From Bdellovibrionales bacterium (GTDB lineage Bacteria; Bdellovibrionota; Bdellovibrionia; Bdellovibrionales; Bdellovibrionaceae): DNA of 64,000 bases. A program made the position numbers and the translations under genes. Each line of letters begins with the position of its first letter. The first letter of the stretch is position 1. The notes beneath the pieces are model-generated. The model was not told the DNA's origin. It searched no databases and saw only the letters and a program-made list of their open reading frames with translations. This document shows positions 28,288 through 38,316 of the stretch, in pieces. The stretch lies in the NCBI GenBank assembly GCA_043747425.1, contig JAYTPC010000138.1:21271-85270 (forward strand). Reading direction: 5' to 3'.

Positions 28288-29473
28288 ATTTTTCTTCTTT
28301 ATTAATTTCGTTCAAGCTGCGAAGTTTTTCTATCACGGCTAACAACGTTGTTGTGAAATCACGAATGTTTGATTCAGTTGTATTTATCCCTAGGCTAACC
28401 CGCAAAGAATTTTGTGCTTGCGCCCTGGTCAGCCCCATATTTAATAAAACGGGGCTTGGCTCTGGGTTACCACTGCTGCAGGCTGCACCCGTGCTGACAG
28501 AGAAACCCTTTAAATCTAAGCTCATCAGTAACGTTTCACCGTCAACTCCTGAAATAATCATGTTCGATGTGTTACTTAATCTGGGACTTGCTGCCGCAGT
28601 AATAAAAACTTCTTTTGCATTTTGAAGAATAATATTTTCCATCAGATCTCTAAGTCTTGCGATTTCTGGAATTTTATCATTGGCTTCTGAGAAATTTTCT
28701 AAAACTATTCCTAAGGTCGCAATACCCAGAATATTTTCTGTTCCACCGCGACGTGCACGCTCTTGACCGCCGCCATGAATTAATGGAACCCATGGACTTC
28801 CTTTTTTTACAAAAGTAAATCCTGTGCCTTTTAGGGAATAATATTTATGAGCCGAAAAAGTGCCGTAGTCTAACTGCAGGCTTGCAAAATCAACTGAACT
28901 TTTACCCAGCATCTGCACGCAGTCTGAATGCATTAATGCTCCACTGGCATGTGCAAGCTGACTAATTTCTGCAATAGGAAAAACAGTTCCGGTTTCATTG
29001 TTAGCAAACATAACTGATACCAGTGCTGTTTTAAAAGAAAGATTATCCTTGATGAACTGCATATCAATTTGACCGTCTTGACTGACAGGAATTCTTTTAA
29101 TGACGGCACCCAAGGACTCTAAATAATCTGCAGTCTTGATGACGCTTGGATGCTCGACCTGGCTGATCATGAATTCAGATCGAACTTGGCCAATTTCATT
29201 CCAAACAGATTTAAGAACTGTGTTATTGCCTTCACTAGCACCAGAATTAAAAATAATTTCTACTGGTGAACATTTTAATATCTGACTTAGTTTTTGTTTG
29301 GTTTCACGAAGCCAAAGTTTACCCGGCCTGCTGCTAGCATGGATCGAGGACGGATTTCCCCACAGGTGAAATAATTCGGACCATCTGAGCTGAATAGATT
29401 CAGCAAGTGGAGTTGTCGCATTGTGGTCTAGATAAACACGTGCGTTTAGAGAGCTATCGAAGGCATTCTGCAT
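28271..29473 (-). CDS. Cysteine desulfurase (NifS/IscS class V aminotransferase)
   Basis: 400 aa with the PLP-Lys motif [10 protein letters not shown] and the catalytic loop STGAACSSG. The stop overlaps the mnmA start by 17 nt. Confidence 0.9.
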   Translation of the reverse strand: MQNAFDSSLNARVYLDHNATTPLAESIQLRWSELFHLWGNPSSIHASSRPGKLWLRETKQKLSQILKCSPVEIIFNSGASEGNNTVLKSVWNEIGQVRSEFMISQVEHPSVIKTADYLESLGAVIKRIPVSQDGQIDMQFIKDNLSFKTALVSVMFANNETGTVFPIAEISQLAHASGALMHSDCVQMLGKSSVDFASLQLDYGTFSAHKYYSLKGTGFTFVKKGSPWVPLIHGGGQERARRGGTENILGIATLGIVLENFSEANDKIPEIARLRDLMENIILQNAKEVFITAAASPRLSNTSNMIISGVDGETLLMSLDLKGFSVSTGAACSSGNPEPSPVLLNMGLTRAQAQNSLRVSLGINTTESNIRDFTTTLLAVIEKLRSLNEINKEEKYDAVK

Positions 29474-29526
29474 AGCGCTTGTTTGTACACGAAATTGAAA
29501 TATTTGAAAAGTTTTAAGGTGTTCGC

Positions 29527-29745
29527 TTAGGCTTTCAAGGTTTTTCGAGTAAAGGGCTTTTCTCGAAGTGGATGGTACACCGGACCTTTATCTTGTCTCT
29601 GGTTATATTTGGACCTGAAAGGCGGCGACTCCCAGTTCAGCGAAAGTTGTTTATGAGCTACAGGTATTACCATAAAGCTGAGTGTTATTAGCAAGATAGA
29701 CATTTTAATTGCAAAAAAGATAAAGCCCATATTAATTGGAAACAA
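29527..29745 (-). CDS. Possible small membrane/secreted protein
   Basis: 72-aa track ORF with a hydrophobic N-terminus and a TTG start (internal ATGs are available). There is no homology signal and it lies in an otherwise non-coding 340-bp gap. Confidence 0.2.
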   Translation of the reverse strand: MFPINMGFIFFAIKMSILLITLSFMVIPVAHKQLSLNWESPPFRSKYNQRQDKGPVYHPLREKPFTRKTLKA

Positions 29746-29813
29746 AATAGCAAAGTTCGGGTTAAAACCTTATAGATTTTTCAAGAACAGGAGCCGTTCC
29801 ACCGAATAGAATA

Positions 29814-30779
29814 ATGATGAATTATCAAAATATGAATTTAAAATGGGAAGAGTTTTTCCTTCAAGAAGCCATAGAACTTGAAGAAAAAATGAACCTTTTA
29901 AGCGCCGAAGCCTTAAATCAATCGCGCATTCGTATTTCATTGGAAAATAATATTCTAACTTGGGAAAAATATCAGCCATGGTTTCTTCAGCAGTATGGTT
30001 GCACCAGTTTGAAGTCAGATTTAACGCAAGACCAACTTTTACAACTTCGTTCTGATGCTGCAGAAACATTAAAAAATTATAATCATTTCGAATTTTGGAG
30101 CGAAGATTTAGTTCCCGTGGGATTCTGGGATGGCCATCTTATTGTCGCAGGTTTAGAATTCAACGAAAGATTAGTTGAAATTCCAGATTTAATTTTCGTT
30201 TTGGCAGAACCTTTCGTTCTTTCTTTTATTTCTGATCGGCTTGGCGGCTCTACAGAGAACGAAAATGTTATGGTGGAAGATTCCAATGAAACTTTGATTG
30301 GCGGAATCGATTTAAATATCGCAACATCAAACCTTCATTTTGATTCTGTCAGCTTACTTTCTGCAGCGAAACCCGAAAAAAGTGAAGCTGCCATCTGGGA
30401 TTATTTAACAGAAAGACATGATGAGTATACTTTTGAAGCCAAAAAACTTTTTAGTGCCTTTGTTGTATTAAAAATAGTTGAAGGTAAAACTCAGGTTTTC
30501 AAAATGGATTCAGAGTTGGAAAAGTATTTGAATCAAAAAGATGTTTTTGCTTATGATGTAGCAGAAGAAAACCCATTTGGTCGAATTTTCAGAACTGGTA
30601 TTTCAGAGTCTTTCAATATCAGCCAGTTAGACCACCCTATTATGGATTTCAAATACATCTGCATCACAGCGTTAAAACGTGGTAACGACACCGTTGGATT
30701 TTTACTTGGTTTACAAACAAAAAAACTTGCAGAAACAGATCAACTATTACTGGAAGATTTAGCAAAAGAATCAGCTTAA
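29814..30779 (+). CDS. Hypothetical protein. It may combine a GspE/MshE-N-like N-terminal domain with a GAF-like C-terminal domain.
   Basis: 321 aa. EDLVPVGFWDGHLIVAGLEFNERLVEIPDLIFVLAEP resembles the T2SSE_N pattern. The C-terminal half (FGRIF..ICITALKRGNDTVGFLLGL) is GAF-like. Both domain assignments are weak. Confidence 0.55.
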   Translation: MMNYQNMNLKWEEFFLQEAIELEEKMNLLSAEALNQSRIRISLENNILTWEKYQPWFLQQYGCTSLKSDLTQDQLLQLRSDAAETLKNYNHFEFWSEDLVPVGFWDGHLIVAGLEFNERLVEIPDLIFVLAEPFVLSFISDRLGGSTENENVMVEDSNETLIGGIDLNIATSNLHFDSVSLLSAAKPEKSEAAIWDYLTERHDEYTFEAKKLFSAFVVLKIVEGKTQVFKMDSELEKYLNQKDVFAYDVAEENPFGRIFRTGISESFNISQLDHPIMDFKYICITALKRGNDTVGFLLGLQTKKLAETDQLLLEDLAKESA

Positions 30780-31238
30780 TTTCACTGCGCTAACAACAAC
30801 CAATCTTTCGTTCACACTTATGTTAGAAACTTTACTTAATTCAACTTCAAAGAATGTCCAATCCATCGGTAAATCTAAAACTGAAAGCCGTGAAGCCCAT
30901 TCAATAAATACCAAGCCTTGTTTCTTTGAAAAAACATCCCATAGACCTGAGGTTTCAATTTCGTCCGAACTATGCAGACGGTACAAATCAAAATGATCGA
31001 CCGTTATTTTTTCATTTTTATAAACGTGATGTAAAGAAAATGTCGGTGAAGCCATGTTTCTAAGTCCGTAAGATTCACAAAATAACTGCACAAAAGTTGT
31101 TTTCCCAGCAGCTAGTTCTCCGTTTAACAAAATACATGATTTTTCACCAAGTCTTGGCTTCAAATTAAAAATGACTTTATTTAATCCAGCTTTGTCTTGT
31201 ATTTTTTCGCTTAAAATTATTTTTGTATTTAGATTCAT
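30771..31238 (-). CDS. tsaE: tRNA t6A37 biosynthesis ATPase TsaE
   Basis: 155 aa with GELAAGKTTFVQ, SPTFSLHHVY and HFDLYRL motifs. Confidence 0.88.
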   Translation of the reverse strand: MNLNTKIILSEKIQDKAGLNKVIFNLKPRLGEKSCILLNGELAAGKTTFVQLFCESYGLRNMASPTFSLHHVYKNEKITVDHFDLYRLHSSDEIETSGLWDVFSKKQGLVFIEWASRLSVLDLPMDWTFFEVELSKVSNISVNERLVVVSAVKLS

Positions 31239-31979
31239 TCAAGTGCTCTGCGACCGTAAAGATTTTTTCATTTTTTGCACGGTTTTTTTAAGGCCGTCTT
31301 CCAGTGCATAGCATATTAACGAATGACCAATATTGACTTCTTTTAGGTGCGACAAAGTTTTTATTTGTCTAGCATGGGCGTAATCTAGGCCATGTCCTGC
31401 GTGCACGCGAAGTCCCAAATGGTTTGCCCAGCCGGCAGCTTCCCGCATCTTTTCCCACAGAACTTTTTTCTTTGGACCAGCAGCTAAAACCCAGTGTCCC
31501 GTATGAAATTCGACAGCGTTAGCACCGGCAAGTGCTGATAGCTCAACCTGTTGCAAAGAGGGCTCGATGAAATACGAAACGTGGATTTTCTTTTTCTTAA
31601 GTAATAATGTCATTTTTTTAATTTTATTGAAGCACTTTTCAATGTCCAAGCCACCTTCAGTCGTTAATTCAGCTCGCTTCTCAGGAACGAAACATGCCCA
31701 CTTTGGCTTATTTTTTAAAGCAATTTTCAAAATCTTTTCGTTCACTGCAAGTTCTAAATTTATTGGCAGCACGGACTGCTTACAGAGTGTCACAACGTCG
31801 CTTTCTTGAATGTGCCTTCGGTCTTCCCTGAGATGAATGGTGATTTGGTCAGCTCCACCAGATTTTGCAAGTTTCACCAGACTGATAAGGTCTGGATATT
31901 TCGTTGCTCCACCGCGAACCTGTCTAAGTGTTGCTGCATGATCAATATTTACACCCAAGATAATTTTTTTATTTTTCAT
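31239..31979 (-). CDS. pdxJ: Pyridoxine 5'-phosphate synthase
   Basis: 246 aa with LGVNIDHAATLRQVRG, ITIHLREDRRHI and EFHTG motifs. Confidence 0.93.
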   Translation of the reverse strand: MKNKKIILGVNIDHAATLRQVRGGATKYPDLISLVKLAKSGGADQITIHLREDRRHIQESDVVTLCKQSVLPINLELAVNEKILKIALKNKPKWACFVPEKRAELTTEGGLDIEKCFNKIKKMTLLLKKKKIHVSYFIEPSLQQVELSALAGANAVEFHTGHWVLAAGPKKKVLWEKMREAAGWANHLGLRVHAGHGLDYAHARQIKTLSHLKEVNIGHSLICYALEDGLKKTVQKMKKSLRSQST

Positions 31980-31982
31980 TTC

Positions 31983-33368
31983 TTATGAGATTTCTTTTTC
32001 TAAAAATATGGCCATCTGCTCAGCAATTGCGGAAATCTTTTGTTTGTTATTCCCTTCAACTAAAATGCGAATCAAAGGCTCGGTGCCGGAATAGCGAATA
32101 AATATGCGTCCTTCTCCATTCAAATCGTCTTCTTTTGTTTTTAAAAGCTCGGCATACCCATTGATATTATTTAACTCAACACGACTGCGAACCCGACAGT
32201 TTATTAAAACCTGAGGGACTTCTTCAAAAACATTCGTTAATTCACTGATTTTTTTATTGGTTTCACGCATGATAGCTAAAACATTTAGCGCAGCAACTGT
32301 ACCGTCTCCGGTCGTTGAGTGATCTAGAAAAATGACGTGACCTGATTGTTCGCCGCCCAGATTAAATCCACCTTTACGCATTGCTTCGACAACATATTTA
32401 TCACCAACATTGGTCTTGACCACTTTTATGCCATTGGCGCGCATCGCTTTTTCTAGTCCAAAATTACTCATCTCGGTAACCACGACAGTATCAAATTTAA
32501 GTTGTTTTTTTTGTTTCATATGAAGTGCACACATCGCGATGATGTGATCACCATTTAAAAGTTTTCCTTTTTCATCGACCATAATAACTCGGTCAGCATC
32601 ACCATCTAAACCAATACCAACATCGGCGCGGTACTGAACCACAGCCTGCGAAAGTAAACTGGGATGTAGTGCACCAACTTTATCGTTTATATTTGTGCCA
32701 TTTGGCTGATTTCCCACATGGATAACTTCAGCACCTAATTCTTCAAACACAGCCGGAGCCACTTTGTAAGAAGCGCCATGTGCAGTATCCAAAACAACAC
32801 GCAAGCCTTCTAAAGTGTGTTCTAATGGAAATGCACTTTTTGCATAAACGATATATCGGCCTTGAGCATCTTCAATTCGCCGAGTTCTGCCGACATCTTT
32901 TGACGGTGGTAACAATTTTGAAAAATCTGCTGTCGATACTAATTTTTCAATTTCTTTTTCTAATGTATCATCTAACTTAAAACCATCAGGTCCAAATATT
33001 TTAATTCCATTGTCTTGGTAAGCATTATGCGAAGCTGAAATTACTATACCGGAAGCCGCACGCATTGTGCGCGCCAAATAACCAATACCCGGAGTTGGCA
33101 GCGGTCCAACAAGCTGAACGTGAATACCCATTGAATTTAACCCGCTGGATAAAGCTTGCTCGATCATATAACCAGAAAGCCTGGTGTCTTTACCAATCAC
33201 CACCTTATTAGTGACTGACGGAGATGATATTTTTTTAGTTTTGATCAAATAACCAATAGCCTGGCCAACTCGAACCACAACATCTGGGGTCATCGGGTAC
33301 TGGTTTGCTGTTCCACGGATGCCATCGGTGCCGAATAATTTTTTTTCAGAATTACTGTTTTCAATCAT
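31983..33368 (-). CDS. glmM: Phosphoglucosamine mutase
   Basis: 461 aa with LFGTDGIRG, the active-site ISASHNAYQDNGIK and DGDADR. Confidence 0.95.
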   Translation of the reverse strand: MIENSNSEKKLFGTDGIRGTANQYPMTPDVVVRVGQAIGYLIKTKKISSPSVTNKVVIGKDTRLSGYMIEQALSSGLNSMGIHVQLVGPLPTPGIGYLARTMRAASGIVISASHNAYQDNGIKIFGPDGFKLDDTLEKEIEKLVSTADFSKLLPPSKDVGRTRRIEDAQGRYIVYAKSAFPLEHTLEGLRVVLDTAHGASYKVAPAVFEELGAEVIHVGNQPNGTNINDKVGALHPSLLSQAVVQYRADVGIGLDGDADRVIMVDEKGKLLNGDHIIAMCALHMKQKKQLKFDTVVVTEMSNFGLEKAMRANGIKVVKTNVGDKYVVEAMRKGGFNLGGEQSGHVIFLDHSTTGDGTVAALNVLAIMRETNKKISELTNVFEEVPQVLINCRVRSRVELNNINGYAELLKTKEDDLNGEGRIFIRYSGTEPLIRILVEGNNKQKISAIAEQMAIFLEKEIS

Positions 33369-33381
33369 TGCGGTTTTTCCC

Positions 33382-33780
33382 TTAGTTTTTAGGTGCAGCT
33401 ATCTCTACGTTGATTTGGCTTGGTTTAACACTTAAAATTTTTATTCCAGCAGGCACTTCAATTTTTGCAGCGTTCATCTCTATTTCGTACATGCCCGCAG
33501 CTTTATCTACCAGATTAATCAGCAAAGTCTGTGTGGCCTCTTTGTATTTTTTTAATAATGGCTGTGGACCGGAAAGTTTTATACGAATTTTACCAGATGA
33601 CTGACCTGTCACCAATAGATTATCAGCCACTGTGAAATCGACTTCGATTTCCTTATTCACGACAAATTCTCTGCGCCCAAGAATAGAAAGCCATAGAATC
33701 AATGAAATAAATAAGGCTACTAGTTTATAGGATCCATTTTCAAAAATACCATGCCGAATGCGACTCATTTTCTGTTTCAT
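33382..33780 (-). CDS. cdaR: YbbR-domain protein (short CdaR-like regulator of CdaA)
   Basis: 132 aa with an N-terminal TM helix and one YbbR-like repeat (IRIKLSGPQPLL...IEVPAGIKILSVKPSQINVEI). It lies between cdaA and glmM. Confidence 0.65.
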   Translation of the reverse strand: MKQKMSRIRHGIFENGSYKLVALFISLILWLSILGRREFVVNKEIEVDFTVADNLLVTGQSSGKIRIKLSGPQPLLKKYKEATQTLLINLVDKAAGMYEIEMNAAKIEVPAGIKILSVKPSQINVEIAAPKN

Positions 33781-33783
33781 TTT

Positions 33784-34596
33784 TTAATGAGCCTCTTGTT
33801 GATAATTTTTGTATTTAAAACCAAAAACTTCATACAATGCCTGGCGCACTTCGGATAGCTCTGCATTTGGATGCATGTGACCGCCAAGAACCACACTGAT
33901 GGATTTGGTTTCTTCCGAAACAACCAACACCAATGCATCCGTCTCTTCAGTTAATCCAATTGCAGCACGGTGGCGCGTGCCAAGGTTTTTATCAAGTGCG
34001 GGGTTTTTACTAAGCGGTAAAAAAGAACCTGCTGATATTATTTTAGAGCCACGGATAATAATGGCTCCGTCATGCATGGGTGCCTGCGGTTGAAAAATAG
34101 ACTGAATGATTTCTGCAGATATTTTGCTATCAAGCTCGGTTCCAGTTTCAATGTAATAATCGACTAAAATATCTTTTTCGACAACGATCAAGGCCCCGTA
34201 TCCTTTTTGGGCTGCCGCTATAACACCTTTTGCAATTTCTTCGATGATATGAGTTTCCATCACCGAAGAAACATCTGCAAATAATGGATGACTGCCAATG
34301 TGTGCTAAAGCTCTTCGAATTTCACCCTGAAATAAAATAACCACAATAACAAAAAGATTCGCGAAGAATTTTTCTAGTAACCAGTTTAATGTGTAAAACT
34401 CTAACCACTGACTTCCGACATAAGCGATCGCAAGAATTCCTAAGCCAGATAACATTTGAATCGTACCCGTACGCCGAATCAGATTTAGAATTCTATAAAC
34501 AATTAGCCAGACCAGTGCAACGTCAGCAAGATCCTGCCACCTTAAGTGGGTCACGATAAAAACCGTGTTTTCTAAAAAATTAGCTAACGCTGTCAT
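33784..34596 (-). CDS. cdaA: Diadenylate cyclase CdaA (DisA_N/DAC domain)
   Basis: 270 aa with three N-terminal TM helices and the motifs GALIVV, HDGAIIIRG and GTRHRAAIGLTEETDA. Confidence 0.92.
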   Translation of the reverse strand: MTALANFLENTVFIVTHLRWQDLADVALVWLIVYRILNLIRRTGTIQMLSGLGILAIAYVGSQWLEFYTLNWLLEKFFANLFVIVVILFQGEIRRALAHIGSHPLFADVSSVMETHIIEEIAKGVIAAAQKGYGALIVVEKDILVDYYIETGTELDSKISAEIIQSIFQPQAPMHDGAIIIRGSKIISAGSFLPLSKNPALDKNLGTRHRAAIGLTEETDALVLVVSEETKSISVVLGGHMHPNAELSEVRQALYEVFGFKYKNYQQEAH

Positions 34597-34603
34597 TGTC
34601 GGC

Positions 34604-36559
34604 TTAGCTTACAACTGCTGGCTTTGAGCCTGTCGGAGCCGTATTTTCAGTAGCATCTGCAACTTTTGACGGAAGTCCTCCGCCAGAAGATTTATCATTG
34701 GCCTTGTTGACACGAATTTTCGCAACTTCGCTGACCTCGGCACCGTTGACAAGCATTTCAATTTCATTGCTATCGATCGTTTCAAATTCAATCAGCGCTT
34801 GAGTCAAACGCTCCAAGGCGTCCTTGTGAGTTGTTAAAACATTCATCGCTTTTGCATAACCTTCATCGATAAACCGAGTCACTTCGGCATCGATTTCTAG
34901 CGCCTTAGCATCTGAATAATTTTTAGATTTTTGTCCGTAGCCCATTCCTAGAAAAACAGGGCCTTCACTTTTCTCATAGGCCTGTGGACCAAGCTTAGGA
35001 CTCATGCCCCATTCAGTAACCATGCTGCGGGCCAATGCTGTTGCGCGCTCAATATCATTTCCAGCACCTGTTGTAAAATCCTTGTAAATTAATTCTTCAG
35101 CAGCTCTGCCACCAAATAAAAATGCAATCATGCTTTCCGCTTTGCTACGTGATAGATTCAGCATTTCTTTTTCTGGCAACGTTTGAGTCACTCCAAGTGC
35201 CATTCCCCGTGGAATAATAGTGACCTTATGAATCGGATCTAATCCCGGAAGTTTTTTACCTACCAAGGTGTGGCCAGCTTCATGATAAGCCGTAATGCGC
35301 TTGTCTTCGTCGCTGATGACCATCGATTTACGCTCAGCACCCATAAGGACTTTGTCTTTTGCTTTTTCAAAGTCTTCCATCTCTAAATATTTTTTGTCAC
35401 CACGAGCTGCAACCAAAGCAGCTTCATTCACTAAGTTTTCAAGATCCGCACCAGAAAACCCAGGAGTTCCTCGCGCAATTTTCTGAATTTCAACATCAGG
35501 ACCGATTGGAGTCTTTCGTGTGTGCACTAATAAAATATGCTCACGACCCTTAAGATCTGGTTTACCGACAACAACACGTCGGTCAAAACGACCCGGGCGC
35601 AGCAGTGCCGGATCTAAAACGTCAGGCCTGTTTGTAGCAGCAATTAAAATTACACCTTCTGAAGATTCAAATCCATCCATCTCAACAAGTAACTGATTTA
35701 AAGTCTGTTCACGTTCGTCATGTCCACCGCCCATACCAGCACCACGATGACGTCCAACCGCATCGATCTCATCAATGAATATCAAACACGGAGCATTTTT
35801 TTTACCTTGCTCGAATAAATCACGAACTCGGCTAGCACCAACGCCCACGAACATTTCTACGAAATCAGAACCAGATATTGTAAAAAACGGAGCTCCTGCC
35901 TCACCAGCTACGGCACGCGCAAGTAAAGTTTTCCCCGTTCCCGGAGGCCCTACGAGCAGCACACCCTTTGGAATCCGGCCACCCAGCTTGGTGAACTTTT
36001 TTGGATCTTTAAGAAAGTGAACGATTTCTTGCAGATCTTCTTTGGCTTCATCCACACCAGCGACTTCTTTAAAAGTGATACGGTTTTTATTTTCGACCAG
36101 TTTGTGTTTTGATTTACCGAATGACATGGCCTTACCACCACCCGATTGCACTTGGCGCATGATAAAAATAAACATACCCACAATTAAAATCAGCGGAAGC
36201 CAATTGATCAGGAACGACGACAGCATATTATTAGATGCTTCTGTTTCGTAATTCGGAGTGATTCCTTTTTTTTGTAAAATCTCAAAACCTTTATCTGTGA
36301 TGTTTCCAGAAATTTGAAACTGTGAACCACCATATTTTTTTTCAAAATCTGGCTTTACAACTCCGCGAATTTCGCCCCGATCTTGAATGAAAACAACTTT
36401 GTCAGGGACAACCTCTTCAAGCTCGACGGCTGCTAAAAACTTAGAATAGTTGAAATCAGCGATGACTTTTTGATGTTTCATATCCCAAGCACGAAAAAAG
36501 AAAATAGCCATCACAAGCAGGAAAAACCACAGGGCGAACGTTTTTTGATTAGCTTTCAT
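34604..36559 (-). CDS. ftsH: ATP-dependent zinc metalloprotease FtsH
   Basis: 651 aa with two TM helices, the AAA+ motif [11 protein letters not shown], the SRH and the Zn site HEAGH. Confidence 0.97.
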   Translation of the reverse strand: MKANQKTFALWFFLLVMAIFFFRAWDMKHQKVIADFNYSKFLAAVELEEVVPDKVVFIQDRGEIRGVVKPDFEKKYGGSQFQISGNITDKGFEILQKKGITPNYETEASNNMLSSFLINWLPLILIVGMFIFIMRQVQSGGGKAMSFGKSKHKLVENKNRITFKEVAGVDEAKEDLQEIVHFLKDPKKFTKLGGRIPKGVLLVGPPGTGKTLLARAVAGEAGAPFFTISGSDFVEMFVGVGASRVRDLFEQGKKNAPCLIFIDEIDAVGRHRGAGMGGGHDEREQTLNQLLVEMDGFESSEGVILIAATNRPDVLDPALLRPGRFDRRVVVGKPDLKGREHILLVHTRKTPIGPDVEIQKIARGTPGFSGADLENLVNEAALVAARGDKKYLEMEDFEKAKDKVLMGAERKSMVISDEDKRITAYHEAGHTLVGKKLPGLDPIHKVTIIPRGMALGVTQTLPEKEMLNLSRSKAESMIAFLFGGRAAEELIYKDFTTGAGNDIERATALARSMVTEWGMSPKLGPQAYEKSEGPVFLGMGYGQKSKNYSDAKALEIDAEVTRFIDEGYAKAMNVLTTHKDALERLTQALIEFETIDSNEIEMLVNGAEVSEVAKIRVNKANDKSSGGGLPSKVADATENTAPTGSKPAVVS

Positions 36560-36607
36560 AATTTTAAGAACCCTTTCTTACAGACTCTTATTAGAATACT
36601 GTTTGAA

Positions 36608-37552
36608 TTATAAGATTAACACGATCTGAGTCTCATTAATAACCCAATTTACATGGCCTAGTGTAAATGTGATATCTTTTTGATTTTTGTCGAGGCGTTT
36701 TTGTATTTCCGCAATTTGCCCCGAAGTGATGTCGAAAATGCTGTGATGCCTTATAAACAATGATAGAGCTTTAATTTGAAACTTATCCGTCAGTGACTGA
36801 AACCACTGACGATCCAATCCCAATTCAGGACTGTTCCTAAAAAACTGCAGTGCAAAAGGCTGGGTTTGATCCAATTCCTGGCACAGTCTTAGTAACGAAC
36901 GCGAAAAATTGAGGTAACCCGATGGGTTTTTGTCGTCTAAAGATTTAAACCATGTGTTTCGCAGCCAGTTTCTAAGATAGTCTTCAGATTCATTTGACGG
37001 ATCCTCCAACCAAACAAGTTTTTGATCTTGAGCGTAAGTTAAAAGATCTGACTTGGAAGTTTGCAGGAAAGGTCTAAAAATTTGGCCATCCCAAAGTTTA
37101 AACGCAGTAAAACCTTCGGGCCCCACTCCACGAATCAGTTTTAAAGTTAAGGTTTCAGCCCAATCATCCAGATGGTGAGCCGTAATAATTGGCTCTGTTG
37201 GTATCCGATTCTTATTTAAAAACGCCCACCGAGATTCACGCATCTGAGCTTCTGAAGAAAGATTGATTGAACTTTCCTCGGTGACGAAATCGATGTTATC
37301 AAACGGATCACAGTAATTTTTGATCAGTTGCAAACAGCGACTACGAAAATCTTTTTGCTGCATGTCTGGCGTTGGGCCGTGGTGATAGTATGCAACCTTG
37401 AACTTTGATTTTGGCTTCAGCCGCAGTAGCAAACGCAGCAGCACCATGGAATCTAGACCACCCGATACGGCCAAATAATAAATAGGTCGTTGATCTAAAC
37501 CTAAATCTTTCAGCGTTTTCCAAATGGTGTGCTCTAAATCAGTCCAAGCCAT
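36608..37552 (-). CDS. tilS: tRNA(Ile)-lysidine synthetase (short form)
   Basis: 314 aa with the PP-loop LAVSGGLDSMVL and TAHHLDDWAET. It lies immediately downstream of ftsH, as in many bacteria. Confidence 0.88.
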   Translation of the reverse strand: MAWTDLEHTIWKTLKDLGLDQRPIYYLAVSGGLDSMVLLRLLLRLKPKSKFKVAYYHHGPTPDMQQKDFRSRCLQLIKNYCDPFDNIDFVTEESSINLSSEAQMRESRWAFLNKNRIPTEPIITAHHLDDWAETLTLKLIRGVGPEGFTAFKLWDGQIFRPFLQTSKSDLLTYAQDQKLVWLEDPSNESEDYLRNWLRNTWFKSLDDKNPSGYLNFSRSLLRLCQELDQTQPFALQFFRNSPELGLDRQWFQSLTDKFQIKALSLFIRHHSIFDITSGQIAEIQKRLDKNQKDITFTLGHVNWVINETQIVLIL

Positions 37553-37558
37553 AAAACT

Positions 37559-37867
37559 CTATTTTTCATTCTTTTCAGCTTTGATTGAATCAGGGCTAAC
37601 AACCTCTTTTTTAGTGATTTCAATCTCAGCTGTGACCTTGAATTTATGATTTTCTGCAAATTTAGAGAATTCTTTTACAAAATCAATTTTTCGCACCAAC
37701 GAAATCATTTCATTAGTTACCAAAGCGGACACATCGTCTTTCGTTTTCAAGGCTTGACTTAAAACTGTCCCGATCAGTTCTTTTGAAATTTCTGTTGGCG
37801 ATCCCGCCGTTATAATTTTTCGAATCGCATCTGACAACGGAGAGGATTCTTTTTTTTCATTTGCCAT
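37559..37867 (-). CDS. Hypothetical protein (102 aa)
   Basis: Charged, probably helical ORF. It overlaps the upstream SRPBCC gene by 11 nt. No family recognised. Confidence 0.45.
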   Translation of the reverse strand: MANEKKESSPLSDAIRKIITAGSPTEISKELIGTVLSQALKTKDDVSALVTNEMISLVRKIDFVKEFSKFAENHKFKVTAEIEITKKEVVSPDSIKAEKNEK

Positions 37868-38294
37868 AGATTTCTTTTACTCTTTTCTTAAAGTTAGCCA
37901 TCATGATTGGTAAATTGACTGTAACCAGAGTTTTAGCAACAGCACTTGGTACAAGTAAACCAAATGCTGCTTCCACTTTGTATTCAACCTGACACAAGCC
38001 ATTTTTTTCTGAAAGTTTCCAGCAGCCATGCATCGATTTAAATACATCACCACTGACATAATTAAAATCGATTTGCTGATCCTGAATCTCAGTGGCTTTT
38101 AAAATGTATTTAAATGTTTTTAAAACCGAAACTGAATATTCCATTTCTTTCACTAAGCCTTTAATTTTTAAAATTTTAACAGATTTCACTTCTGGCAAAA
38201 ACTGCGGATACTTTTCATAATCAGCAACTATTTTAAAAAAATCTGCTTTAGAGCATTGAAAACTTTCTTTTGTTTCTGCGACTGCACTTGCCAT
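37857..38294 (-). CDS. SRPBCC-superfamily protein (cyclase/dehydrase, RatA/COQ10-like)
   Basis: 145 aa. IVADYEKYPQFLPEVKSVKIL and the C-terminal helix pattern are typical of the polyketide_cyc2/START-like fold. Confidence 0.65.
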   Translation of the reverse strand: MASAVAETKESFQCSKADFFKIVADYEKYPQFLPEVKSVKILKIKGLVKEMEYSVSVLKTFKYILKATEIQDQQIDFNYVSGDVFKSMHGCWKLSEKNGLCQVEYKVEAAFGLLVPSAVAKTLVTVNLPIMMANFKKRVKEIYGK

Positions 38295-38316
38295 GTGTGT
38301 TTAGGTCCTTTCGGGT

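Noticed and set aside
29770-30069. A 99-aa minus-strand ORF overlapping the start of the 29814..30779 gene.
   Set aside because: It is antisense to a longer ORF with coherent domain-like sequence, and it has no motifs or RBS.
37559-38294. The SRPBCC gene plus the overlapping 102-aa gene as a RatA-RatB-like toxin-antitoxin pair.
   Set aside because: The 102-aa protein shows none of the RnfH/RatB (ubiquitin-like) pattern. Most SRPBCC proteins are not toxins. The genes sit in a housekeeping operon context.
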